The notes below the pieces were generated by a model that saw only the letters and a list, made by a program, of their open reading frames with translations, was not told the DNA's origin and did not search any database. The translations under genes were made by a program, and so were the position numbers. From contig JAABRH010000001.1 of NCBI GenBank assembly GCA_011391015.1, forward strand, positions 2,688 to 66,687: DNA of 64,000 nt. The letters run 5' to 3'. The stretch is from Sulfurovum sp. Lineage in GTDB: Bacteria > Campylobacterota > Campylobacteria > Campylobacterales > Sulfurovaceae. This document shows positions 40,704-52,038 of this stretch, one piece after another; position 1 is the first letter of the stretch, and each line of letters begins with the position of its first letter.

Positions 40704-41065
40704 TAAACGCCACCTTTAAAATCTTTTTTTCTTAAATCGCCATTGTAAATGATATCTCGTACATCAACACTGTCCATGTTAAGCATATCTGGGACAACAT
40801 TCGCTTCTTCAAGTTCTTTGATCGCACTCTCTAATTCTTCCTGATAGGTTTGCATCATATCAGCAGCGATAACACCTTTGGTAGTTTGGATAGCAACGAG
40901 TTTCTTTATCTCCTCTTCGACACCTTCACCTTCAATCGTAACAATCATTTTACCTTGCTCTTCATCTCCGAAATGGTATTCACAGACACCGCTAGCTTCC
41001 AAAGTTTCTTTCACCGTATGATAATTCTCAGGCATCACACGCACTACAATACTAGATATATTCAT
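40703..41065 (-). CDS. napD: NapA chaperone NapD
   Basis: MNISSIVV, GKMIVTIEG; end of nap operon. Confidence 0.92.
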   Translation of the reverse strand: MNISSIVVRVMPENYHTVKETLEASGVCEYHFGDEEQGKMIVTIEGEGVEEEIKKLVAIQTTKGVIAADMMQTYQEELESAIKELEEANVVPDMLNMDSVDVRDIIYNGDLRKKDFKGGV

Positions 41066-41097
41066 TTTACTTCCTTTTTTTGATATTTATTTACAAT

Positions 41098-41577
41098 TCA
41101 CTTGAGTATCCCCGAGACCATTTCCAACTGCTCATCGGTCAGATACAAGACAACACGGGAACTTTTCTCTTCACGTTTTCTGAGTACATCATAATAATTT
41201 TGCATTTTTATCTTAGTTTTGGTGTCAACAGGTGCACGTAGAGATTTATACTCTGTCAGCTTCCCGTCTTTATAGACACCTGAAACATCTGCATGTACCC
41301 AATAATAGCCGTTATCTTTTCGTCTGTTCTTGACTATTCCCTGCCAACTTTCCCTGCGTTCCAAAGTTTCCCAAAGATCCTTAAAAATAGACCTTGGCAT
41401 ATCAGGATGTCTGACAATATTATGCGGTTTTCCTATCAGTTCACCAACTTCATATCCGCTGATTGCTGCAAAAGTATCATTGGCATAGGTGATGATACCG
41501 CTTAAATTTGTGCGAGAAATAATAAGTTCGTGTTCGGGAACCTCTGTCTCTATAAACATATCATACGAAGTATCCAT
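41098..41577 (-). CDS. Stand-alone Aer/CetB-type PAS-domain protein
   Basis: SRTNLSGIITYAN..F..ISGY, GKPHNIVRHPDMP, VKNRRKDNGYYWV. Confidence 0.88.
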   Translation of the reverse strand: MDTSYDMFIETEVPEHELIISRTNLSGIITYANDTFAAISGYEVGELIGKPHNIVRHPDMPRSIFKDLWETLERRESWQGIVKNRRKDNGYYWVHADVSGVYKDGKLTEYKSLRAPVDTKTKIKMQNYYDVLRKREEKSSRVVLYLTDEQLEMVSGILK

Positions 41578-41587
41578 TTGAGTCCTT

Positions 41588-42544
41588 TTAGTTAAGTTTC
41601 CACATCAATACTGTGTTATCATCACTGATTGAAAAAAGTATCTCTTCGTCTTTAAATACGATGCTATTGAGTGTGCTTTTTTGACCCTCAAGTACTGCAA
41701 TCTTTTCTTTGCTTTCACGGTTAAAAACAGAAATATTATTTTTCTCATCCATCGCAAATGCTACTTTTTTCGCGCTGGGACTTAGCCCTGTGGCATAGAT
41801 GAGGAAACTTCCCTCAACATAATCACCTTTGCCTGTCTTTACATCATAAAAAGCACCTCTTCTGTCCTGACCAGCAGCTGAGACTATCTCCTGTTTAAAA
41901 TCAACCTTGTATGTATTGTCAAGGTTGATTCCTTTGAGCTCTTTCACTACATTTCCATTGGCGACATCTATTACCGAGATGACACCGCTTTCGCATCCAT
42001 AGGCAGCATGTGTCTTTTTTTCATTGAGTGCAAAATCTGAAAACTTTGATTCACTAAGTTGTACGCGATAACGTTCTTTTTTACTATCAACTTCAAAAAG
42101 TGCTGCCTCATTACCCAAATATCCGAGTAGGATATGGTTCTTATCAACAAAACGGGCTTTTACGAGTGCTCTTTTGTCTTCAGGAAAAATAAGTTGTGTG
42201 GTAGTGTTATTTTCATGTATCCAAAGATTTGCATATCCGCCATATCCGCTGTCACTTAGAAGAAGATACCTATTTTCAGAAAAATCGACACTGTACACAC
42301 GAGGAGATGCCCTATCTCCTGTCAAATCTTGTATCTTGGGTAAAGCAATCTCTTTTGTGAATTTTTTTTCTTTATAGTCATATACTTGCAACTTTCCTTT
42401 GTCTGTCCCGATGTACACATACCCTTCATCCAATACCATATCTTTTGCTGTACCATCTACAATGATTTTTTGTACAGGAGCATGTATTTGTATTGCGAAC
42501 ACAAAAAGAGGAACAAAAAATCCTAACATTATCATCTTTTTCAT
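41588..42544 (-). CDS. napL: NapL WD40/beta-propeller accessory protein
   Basis: Signal peptide, propeller repeats, AGQDRR, position in the epsilon nap operon. Confidence 0.85.
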   Translation of the reverse strand: MKKMIMLGFFVPLFVFAIQIHAPVQKIIVDGTAKDMVLDEGYVYIGTDKGKLQVYDYKEKKFTKEIALPKIQDLTGDRASPRVYSVDFSENRYLLLSDSGYGGYANLWIHENNTTTQLIFPEDKRALVKARFVDKNHILLGYLGNEAALFEVDSKKERYRVQLSESKFSDFALNEKKTHAAYGCESGVISVIDVANGNVVKELKGINLDNTYKVDFKQEIVSAAGQDRRGAFYDVKTGKGDYVEGSFLIYATGLSPSAKKVAFAMDEKNNISVFNRESKEKIAVLEGQKSTLNSIVFKDEEILFSISDDNTVLMWKLN

Positions 42545-43083
42545 AGACTTGACTCTTCTTTTTGGATGATTTCAATAGGCAAATAACTAATCGCTTGAGT
42601 AGGACATCTTCCCATACAAAACCCACATCCCGTACATTTGTCCTTGTCTATGACTGGATTGAACATGCCATTAAAGAGTATGGCATCATCGAGACAAGGC
42701 TCTTTACAGGAAAAGCATATCACACCATGGTGAGCCACACACCCTTGTGTTGAAATACGAAATTCTGCATTGATATTTTGAGCATACATTTTATACTCAA
42801 GGTTTAATGCAGACATCCCACTATCTTCGCAAGCCTTCGCACACTCTTCACAAAAAGTACAACCACTTTTAGTAAAATTAAGCATAGCTGTGCCGTCACC
42901 ACCAATTAAAATAATCTTTTCATCACAAGAAGCCACACATGCTTTACTCTCACACATGATACACTCACTCTGAAAAAGAGATTCACTCAAACCATAAGGA
43001 GGTCTCACCAAAAGAGGTGAGCTTTCCTTGGTTTTTTCCGAAAATTTTCTAAATGGATTTAAAAAATCACGTCTTGATGCCAC
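42541..43083 (-). CDS. napF: Ferredoxin-type protein NapF
   Basis: SRRDFL, RPPY, several CxxCxxC motifs. Confidence 0.9.
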   Translation of the reverse strand: MASRRDFLNPFRKFSEKTKESSPLLVRPPYGLSESLFQSECIMCESKACVASCDEKIILIGGDGTAMLNFTKSGCTFCEECAKACEDSGMSALNLEYKMYAQNINAEFRISTQGCVAHHGVICFSCKEPCLDDAILFNGMFNPVIDKDKCTGCGFCMGRCPTQAISYLPIEIIQKEESSL

Positions 43084-44048
43084 TATTCAACACCTTCATT
43101 CATCACGTCAGCCAGAGAAGAATGCTCTTTACTGTCTTCATTTTTAAAATCTGGCGTAAAGGTATTGGCTACATTTGTTTCTGTTTTTGACTGTGGTGCA
43201 TGGCACTGGGTACAGTTAAAACGACCTTGATAGATAGTCTCACTTTTTTTTGCTTTAGCAATTTTTATATCTGATGAATTGTGTATATCGTACCCCATAA
43301 CCATGCCATCTTGCACCACATATCCATCATTTTCCGCAGTTATTGGTCTGTAGTTCGTAAAGTGTGATTCAGGAATAGGCGTAGAACCGACAGATGGTGC
43401 AACTTCAGGCAAATGACATCCAAGACACTGGTTGTTTTCCTTTGTAATAGGTAACAATCCTTCAACAGAGTGAGGTATCATCGGTGGTGCATCTTTGTAG
43501 GCTCTTTCAAATCTTGTCGATGAACCTGGACTTGGTCTATCGTAGTTTGTTTTTGCCGCAGTTACTTTGTCCTCATTATCAAGACCTGTTTTTCTGAGTC
43601 CCAATGCTTCTTCAGAAACCGTATTTCTATTTCCCAAATCTTCTGATTCTATACGTATAGAATCAGAAGCATTTTCATTAAGATCTACGTAGCTTCCTCC
43701 TGCAGCAGCTACTGCAGCTGCCGCCGCATGTTCTGTGGCTTTTTCAGTCGTAATACCTGTCTCTGTTTTGATCAATGCAGCCATGGCTTCCAAATCTGAA
43801 TCACTCAAATTTTTCACTTGTGCCACCATCATCTCTTTCATAGAATCTCCATAGGTACCATTCTTATATCCTTTGAGTGCATCTACAATCTCTTGCAAAG
43901 ACATATCTTTAACAATCATTGATTTACCCATTGCTGCATTTTCAAAATGCTGTCCATGACATCCTGCACAAGCTGCGACACTTGCTCCATACAGTGAAGG
44001 AGTAACTATTAATACACTCAATGTTGCCAATTTTACTATTTTTTTCAT
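43083..44048 (-). CDS. napB: NapB with an N-terminal cytochrome c553-like domain (three hemes)
   Basis: CAGCH class I domain, Ala-rich linker, PPMIPHSVEG, CLGCH, CTQCH. Confidence 0.9.
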   Translation of the reverse strand: MKKIVKLATLSVLIVTPSLYGASVAACAGCHGQHFENAAMGKSMIVKDMSLQEIVDALKGYKNGTYGDSMKEMMVAQVKNLSDSDLEAMAALIKTETGITTEKATEHAAAAAVAAAGGSYVDLNENASDSIRIESEDLGNRNTVSEEALGLRKTGLDNEDKVTAAKTNYDRPSPGSSTRFERAYKDAPPMIPHSVEGLLPITKENNQCLGCHLPEVAPSVGSTPIPESHFTNYRPITAENDGYVVQDGMVMGYDIHNSSDIKIAKAKKSETIYQGRFNCTQCHAPQSKTETNVANTFTPDFKNEDSKEHSSLADVMNEGVE

Positions 44049-44062
44049 CTTCTTCCCCCTGA

Positions 44063-44863
44063 TTATAAATTTAAATAATTGCGTATGTGAAAACCCAAAG
44101 CATCATCATCACATACGTCAACACATCTACCGCAGTTTGTACATGCTGCCATGGAGACAACTTCACTGCGTTTGCCTATCATGTTTAGCACTTGTCTTTC
44201 CGGACATATATCTTTACATTTCATACAAAGCGTACAATTTTCACTATTGTGTTTCACTCTAAGCAGGCTGTATTTGCCTATCATCGCATGCACACCTCCC
44301 AATGGGCAGATATGCCCGCACCAACCGTTTCTGAGTACAAAGAGATCAAAAAGAAATATTGCTATAAGCAATCCGGCTCCTGCCCCAAAACCAAAGATGA
44401 CTCCACGATTTAAAATCGTAATAGGAGAAATTATTTCAAATGCAGCCATACCGCTAATAGATGAAACAATCAAAGCTAAAACAATCATGTAGTATCTGAT
44501 ATCTCGACTGATCCAAACTTTTTTTTCTATCTGATCCATATACAATTTTCTTCTCAACCAATTCGCACCATCTGTTACCATATTGACAGGACAGACCCAA
44601 GAACAAAATGCACGCCCCCCAATAACGCCATAAAAAAACACAATAATCATTGCGCCTAGAATGACATCAAAAGAGAGTACTGCCCCGGCAAAAATCATCT
44701 GCAACACAGCAAATGGATCACTCAAAGGCATCACGCCAAATACAGAGGAGCTTGAAAGCGTCCCTGAAAGTATCTTCCATCCATACGCATTAGCGGAAAA
44801 ATAAAGAAACAATAATGTCATTTGACTTATCCTTCTAAGAATAAGATATTTAACGTTAGTCAA
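44063..44863 (-). CDS. napH: Quinol dehydrogenase membrane subunit NapH
   Basis: GRAFCSWVCP, GWCGHICPLG, two C-terminal 4Fe-4S motifs. Confidence 0.95.
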   Translation of the reverse strand: MTNVKYLILRRISQMTLLFLYFSANAYGWKILSGTLSSSSVFGVMPLSDPFAVLQMIFAGAVLSFDVILGAMIIVFFYGVIGGRAFCSWVCPVNMVTDGANWLRRKLYMDQIEKKVWISRDIRYYMIVLALIVSSISGMAAFEIISPITILNRGVIFGFGAGAGLLIAIFLFDLFVLRNGWCGHICPLGGVHAMIGKYSLLRVKHNSENCTLCMKCKDICPERQVLNMIGKRSEVVSMAACTNCGRCVDVCDDDALGFHIRNYLNL

Positions 44864-45707
44864 AATCTACTCCTTCGTTCAGATAGTCAGATGCACCTTG
44901 TTCACTTCTTTCTGTTTTTGTAGTCACATCTTTGCCGCTCTGATTAGCCACTCTTTCCTGATCTTTACTATCCCATCCTTTGACATAATGATCACCAGGT
45001 TTACCCAGTGCAATCTCTCTTGGCCGAATAAAAATGGCCGGTTTTTCTGTCACACAGGCCTGCTCGCATAAACCACAACCGGTACAGACATTCATATTGA
45101 TAACAGGTTTTAAAAAAGCATGTTTGCCCGTTCTTTCATTTCTGTCGTACTGCAAAGTAATCGCTTCGTTCATTAAGGGACATGCCCGGTAGCAGGCATC
45201 ACATTGTATGCCCCAAAACGCAATACAGGCATTGGGTTCTACGACTGCGATACCCATCTTCATCATCTTAAAATCAAGTTCACCTATTAAATTGGTTACA
45301 GAGGCTAGATCCAATGCTCCTGTTGGACAAACCACGGTGCAAGGAATATCTTCGCACATATAACATGGCGTATCCAAAGGTTTAAAAAAAGGTGTACCTA
45401 TGGTCACTTCATCTTTGGCTTTAGCCATTTGAAGTGTGGATGGTCTAGGTTTTCCCGTTTCTTTATTGATGTTACTTGGACGATTAACGCACGCTTCTGC
45501 GCAAAGTCCGCACTTGATACATACCCGTAAAAAATCCTCTTCATCCAGCGCACCCGGCGGTCTGAGTGTAAGTGGCGAAGATTTTGCTTTATCGGCAAAT
45601 CCTGCCCATAATAGTCCCCCCATTACTCCCAATCCTGTATTGTGTGCCATATTGGTAAAAAACTTTCGTCTCTCACTGATTAGAGGCTTTTCTTTCGTAA
45701 TCATCAT
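44856..45707 (-). CDS. napG: Quinol dehydrogenase ferredoxin NapG
   Basis: Tat RRKF, LRPPGA, four 4Fe-4S motifs. Confidence 0.95.
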   Translation of the reverse strand: MMITKEKPLISERRKFFTNMAHNTGLGVMGGLLWAGFADKAKSSPLTLRPPGALDEEDFLRVCIKCGLCAEACVNRPSNINKETGKPRPSTLQMAKAKDEVTIGTPFFKPLDTPCYMCEDIPCTVVCPTGALDLASVTNLIGELDFKMMKMGIAVVEPNACIAFWGIQCDACYRACPLMNEAITLQYDRNERTGKHAFLKPVINMNVCTGCGLCEQACVTEKPAIFIRPREIALGKPGDHYVKGWDSKDQERVANQSGKDVTTKTERSEQGASDYLNEGVDFD

Positions 45708-45715
45708 TATTCTCG

Positions 45716-48529
45716 TTACGCTTTATAGACTTTAACGGCACACTTTTTAAAGTCTGTTTGTTTTGACATAGGGCAAGTTGCATCCAAACACACTTTATTG
45801 ATAAAGATTTTTTCATCAAACCAGGGTACAAAGACTAAGCCTTGAGGTGGTCTGTTGCGTCCTCTTGTCTCAACTCTTGCTTTTACTTTTCCTCTTCTTG
45901 AATCAACCCAAACAAGTTCACCCTGCTTAACACCTTTATTTTTTGCATCAGTAGGGTGCATATAACAAAGTGCTTCAGGGACTGCACGGAAAAGTTCAGG
46001 AACTCTCATCGTCATCGTGCCAGAATGCCAATGCTCAAGTACACGTCCTGTACATAACCACATATCATACGTTGCATCCGGCATTTCAGGTGGATCCATA
46101 TATGGTCTTGCAAATATCTTTGCTTTGTTTTTAAGCGACTTTTTATTGGCATCTTTCACACCCATAAGGTCACCCTGGGATAAAGCTTTCGCCATTGTTC
46201 CATAAAATGCAAAATCCGTGGCACCTGTTTCTTTGGCTGCTTTGGCAGCATACGGGTCATATTTGACATTGAAACGCCACTGTGTCTCTTTGCCATCAAC
46301 CACAGGCCACTTGAGCCCTCTGACTTTATGATAGACTTCAAACGGAGCCAAATCATGCCCATGACCTCTACCGAAGCCTGCATATTCTTCAAAAAGATAC
46401 TCATGAATCATAAATCCATATCCTTTCCAAGGTTTGCTGTCTGAACCAAGTACATTACGGCTATCACCTCTTGAGTCTGTATCATCATAACCCAGTTGTG
46501 GGAACTTGTCAGTCAATTTATAGGATTTTGCTTTTTTATTGGCAAATAAAATATCAAACATGGTTGTATTTTCGTTATACCCCATTTTCTTAGCAGCTTG
46601 CATCAAATCAGGAAGTTTAGTGCCATCTCTCAGTGTAGACGCACCCCATACATCTTTCACGGTAAATCTCTTAGAAAGTTCGATCCACTGCCACGTATCA
46701 GACATCGCATCACCTACAGGAAGGACTTGTTGCCTCCAGTGTTGCGTACGACGTTCGGCATTACCATATGCGCCCCATTTTTCATAGATCATGGCTGAAG
46801 GAAGAACAAGATCGGATACTTTTGCTGAAATACCCGGATATCCGTCAGAAGTCACGATAAAATTATCCATTTCACGTGCTGCTTTTATCCAGTGAGAAGC
46901 ACTTGCTGTATCTTGATAGGGATTACATACATTGACCCATGCAAACTTAATCACACCATCCTCGATATCTCTATGAATCTTCATAATATGCTGATTTCCA
47001 ATAGGATTAATCGTACCGTCTGGTACGTTCCAACCTTTTTCTGTAATTTTTCTGTGTTCAGGATTGTCTACCATCATGTCTGCTGGTAATCTGTGACAGA
47101 ATGTACCCACTTCTCTGGCTGTACCACACGCACTGGGCTGTCCTGTAAGAGAAAATGCGCCTGAACCAGGTTTCGCCTGTTTGTTTAACATAAAGTGCAC
47201 ATTATAAGATTGTGTATTTACCCATGAACCTCTCGTGTGCTGATTCATTCCCATCGTCCAGAAAGAAACTACTTTTCTTCCTTTTTCAATGTAAAGGTCT
47301 GCAAGTGCTTGAAGTTTCTTTTTAAAGACTTCAATATCTTCGTTTGGATCACCTTTTGCAATTTTTGCCGTATACTCAAGCGTATACGGTGCAAGCGATT
47401 TTTTGTATTCTTCAAAAGAGATCTCCCAGTGATCAAGTGTGCCAGGGATGTTTTTCATCACATCTCCTTCTTTATAGCCATAAGGTTCCAAAGAAGGTGC
47501 TTCTTTTGCAGAGACTTTTTTCTCCATTTCTTTAGAGATGGTTTCCATTTCAAGCGTCGTGTACTTGCCGTCTTTTACGGATTTTTCATCTGATCTTCTT
47601 AAACCATAGCCTATATTGACCGGTCCTACAGCAAAGACCATATGCTGTTTTACAAAGTCCCAATCAATAATCTTTTCTGCATCATCTCTCATGACAATTT
47701 CACGAGCGATATAGTTCCATAATGCCAAATCCGTATTGGGTGAAAAAATAATCTCGATATCTGCAAGGTCAGATGTTCTGTGCGTATAAGTAGAGATATT
47801 GACTACTTTGACTCTATCAGGATTTGAAAGTTTTCTATCAGTTACGCGTGACCATAAAATCGGGTGCATCTCAGCCATGTTTGATCCCCAAGAAACGATG
47901 GTATCTGTCAGCTCTATATCATCATAACATCCGCTTGGCTCATCGATACCAAAGGTTTGATAAAAACCAACAACCGCAGATGCCATACAGTGACGCGCAT
48001 TTGGATCAATGGCATTTGAACGGAATCCGCCTTTCATCATCTTGAGCGCTGCGTACCCTTCCATAACCGTGTATTGACCTGACGCAAAAACACCTACACC
48101 CTCTGGACCCGAAGCCTTAAGTGCTTTTTTGATGTGCACTTCCATCTCATCAAAGGCACGCTCCCATGATACAGGTTTAAACTTGCCTTGCTTGTCAAAC
48201 TCACCTTTATCATTCATGCGAAGCAGTGGTGTTTTAAGTCTATCTGCGCCATACATGATTTTCGCGTTAAAATAACCCTTTATGCAGTTCAGACCTCTGT
48301 TTACAGGAGCAGCAGGATCCCCTTTAACAGCGACAATACGTCCTTCTGTAGTTGCAAGCATTATCCCGCAACCTGTACCACAGAAACGACAAGCAGCCTT
48401 GTCCCATCTCCATGTAGATTCTGCTTTCGCTGCTGCTGCCTGTGCTTCTTGCGGAACTGCAATTCCTACTGCACCTGCTGCTGCTACTGCTGCTGAATTT
48501 TTCAAAAAATCTCGTCTACTTAATGACAT
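45716..48529 (-). CDS. napA: Periplasmic nitrate reductase catalytic subunit
   Basis: Tat [46 protein letters not shown]. Confidence 0.99.
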   Translation of the reverse strand: MSLSRRDFLKNSAAVAAAGAVGIAVPQEAQAAAAKAESTWRWDKAACRFCGTGCGIMLATTEGRIVAVKGDPAAPVNRGLNCIKGYFNAKIMYGADRLKTPLLRMNDKGEFDKQGKFKPVSWERAFDEMEVHIKKALKASGPEGVGVFASGQYTVMEGYAALKMMKGGFRSNAIDPNARHCMASAVVGFYQTFGIDEPSGCYDDIELTDTIVSWGSNMAEMHPILWSRVTDRKLSNPDRVKVVNISTYTHRTSDLADIEIIFSPNTDLALWNYIAREIVMRDDAEKIIDWDFVKQHMVFAVGPVNIGYGLRRSDEKSVKDGKYTTLEMETISKEMEKKVSAKEAPSLEPYGYKEGDVMKNIPGTLDHWEISFEEYKKSLAPYTLEYTAKIAKGDPNEDIEVFKKKLQALADLYIEKGRKVVSFWTMGMNQHTRGSWVNTQSYNVHFMLNKQAKPGSGAFSLTGQPSACGTAREVGTFCHRLPADMMVDNPEHRKITEKGWNVPDGTINPIGNQHIMKIHRDIEDGVIKFAWVNVCNPYQDTASASHWIKAAREMDNFIVTSDGYPGISAKVSDLVLPSAMIYEKWGAYGNAERRTQHWRQQVLPVGDAMSDTWQWIELSKRFTVKDVWGASTLRDGTKLPDLMQAAKKMGYNENTTMFDILFANKKAKSYKLTDKFPQLGYDDTDSRGDSRNVLGSDSKPWKGYGFMIHEYLFEEYAGFGRGHGHDLAPFEVYHKVRGLKWPVVDGKETQWRFNVKYDPYAAKAAKETGATDFAFYGTMAKALSQGDLMGVKDANKKSLKNKAKIFARPYMDPPEMPDATYDMWLCTGRVLEHWHSGTMTMRVPELFRAVPEALCYMHPTDAKNKGVKQGELVWVDSRRGKVKARVETRGRNRPPQGLVFVPWFDEKIFINKVCLDATCPMSKQTDFKKCAVKVYKA

Positions 48530-48573
48530 TTTTCCTCCTTTAAATAATTAGATAAACATATTAATACATTGTT

Positions 48574-48615
48574 AGGATAACACTATTACAGAGTTGAAAT
48601 CTTGATATATATCAA
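48574..48615 (-). promoter_or_regulatory. Class II Crp/Fnr-type promoter of napA
   Basis: Perfect TTGAT-ATAT-ATCAA (48602-48615) centred 29.5 bp from -10 TATCCT (48574-48579), i.e. about -41.5. Confidence 0.75.
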
Positions 48616-48819
48616 GAAAAGCAGAAATGATTTATTATTTTGTAAGATTATTATAAAATAATAAATAAGACTGTTTTAGTCTCATATTCCATAAAGCATT
48701 TAGAGCCATTTTGCAATCAATTAAATTGATACATTTTGTCATACTGCAGGTGTTTTATACTGTTTTGCTGTGCATTTTCATTTAGTAGTGTTATGCTATG
48801 TTCACGTAGAGCAATGATC

Positions 48820-49068
48820 TTAGTTTGCAACAGGCAAATAATACGCTACAGCTATAGCTGAAAGAACGATAATAAGCCACATTGTTGGGATTAGTCTATA
48901 GTTTAAAGTGACACTTTTTAGATTCATAAAATATTCACTCACAAGGTGAGCTTTAATAAAAGTAGTGACAAGTAAGATAGCGACAAAAAAGGAATTAACC
49001 AATTTAAACCACCCGATTAAAAAGGCAAAAAGAGTTAATGAAACCAAAATGATCCATATGTTCCTCAT
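48820..49068 (-). CDS. NorF-like small membrane protein (COX subunit IV family)
   Basis: Three hydrophobic helices, K..LV..YFM.L motif; follows norE. Confidence 0.75.
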   Translation of the reverse strand: MRNIWIILVSLTLFAFLIGWFKLVNSFFVAILLVTTFIKAHLVSEYFMNLKSVTLNYRLIPTMWLIIVLSAIAVAYYLPVAN

Positions 49069-49072
49069 CGTT

Positions 49073-49681
49073 TCACCTCATGATATAGATCAGGGGAAAT
49101 AAAACAATCCACAGCAGGTCAACCAGATGCCAGTATGAAGCACCTGTTTCCATACCGCTGTGATCTTTTGTACTATAGCCACCTATTTTTGTTTTTTTAT
49201 ACACGTTATAAAGTATGATAAGTCCTAAAAGTACATGCATAAAATGAAATACGGTGAGGATAATATAGAACATAAAAAATGTATTGGTACTGAGAGTGAT
49301 CCCTTGTTCAAATTTATCTGAAAATTCTATAGTTTTAAACACAATAAAGCTACTGCCCAATACCATGGCTGCCAAGATCCACCTTGATGCCATAATAGAA
49401 GTTTTTTCATTATCGGAAGTTTTGATTATATGTATAGCTTTAACGAGGAAATAACTACTTGTAATGAGTATCAATGTATTGATAAAACCAGATCTTTGAT
49501 CTAACATAAGCTGAGACTGATTAAAGAGTTCCACATCACCTCTTCTAGCAAATGCATAACCTATGAAGAGTCCTGCAAAAGTAACCAACTCCACATAGAT
49601 GATAATCCAAATAGCAAAATCACCCGGAGGCAGAATGCTTTTAGGTATTGGTTGTGGATCTTTATTGTTTGAAGTTGTCAC
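49073..49681 (-). CDS. norE: NorE (cytochrome c oxidase subunit III family)
   Basis: PPGD.AIW, NTLILITSS, FHFMHV, YWHLVDLLW; start GTG 49681 or TTG 49711. Confidence 0.88.
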   Translation of the reverse strand: MTTSNNKDPQPIPKSILPPGDFAIWIIIYVELVTFAGLFIGYAFARRGDVELFNQSQLMLDQRSGFINTLILITSSYFLVKAIHIIKTSDNEKTSIMASRWILAAMVLGSSFIVFKTIEFSDKFEQGITLSTNTFFMFYIILTVFHFMHVLLGLIILYNVYKKTKIGGYSTKDHSGMETGASYWHLVDLLWIVLFPLIYIMR

Positions 49682-50075
49682 TGCTGATATCTTCAAGTGT
49701 TGTAGTTTCAAACATTTTTTTGATCATATTTTTGGGTTTTACCCATTGGTCATGTAAGGCACATTTTTTTCTACTATCACAGAGTCCAATCCCCAAAATA
49801 CATTGTTTTTGCTCAGAAAACTCATTAAAGTGGTTTAAGATTTCTATGATGGTGATACTTGAAGCAGGTTTGGCAAGTTTATATCCGCCGTCCCTTCCTC
49901 GAATCGAGATAATAAGGTCTGCATTTACCAGCTTCATCATGATTTTGGTTAAAAATTTATAGGGAATAGTTAGTGTTTCTGATAGTTCTTTTGCACTACA
50001 AAGTTGCTGTGTTTCATGATTAGCAATATAACCCAAAATCCGTATGGCATATTTTGACGAATTCAGTAATTGCAT
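49662..50075 (-). CDS. Rrf2-family transcriptional regulator
   Basis: KYAIR, IPYKFL.KI, S.RG.DGGY.LA, C-X6-C-X5-C-X2-H; ATG 50075 follows GAGG. Confidence 0.9.
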   Translation of the reverse strand: MQLLNSSKYAIRILGYIANHETQQLCSAKELSETLTIPYKFLTKIMMKLVNADLIISIRGRDGGYKLAKPASSITIIEILNHFNEFSEQKQCILGIGLCDSRKKCALHDQWVKPKNMIKKMFETTTLEDISSDNFKQ

Positions 50076-50126
50076 CAAAGCCTCTTTCATAGTAAATTTT
50101 CCAATAGTATACAAAAATATTTTAAT

Positions 50127-50192
50127 TACTACTTAAAGGTAGAATTAAAATATTTAGAGATACAATACAAAATACTACTTAAAGGTAGAATT
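50127..50192. promoter_or_regulatory. Duplicated 20-bp operator flanking the norC -10
   Basis: TACTACTTAAAGGTAGAATT at 50127-50146 and 50173-50192; TACAAT at 50161-50166 between them. Confidence 0.75.
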
Positions 50193-50210
50193 TAAAAAAG
50201 GAGTAATGAT

Positions 50211-52035
<1,825 letters not shown>

Positions 52036-52038
52036 CAT

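Noticed and set aside
50127-50192. Two identical 20-mers read as a mini CRISPR array
   Set aside because: Only two short copies, no cas genes, and they bracket a promoter; operator reading preferred. No CRISPR array seen in the window.
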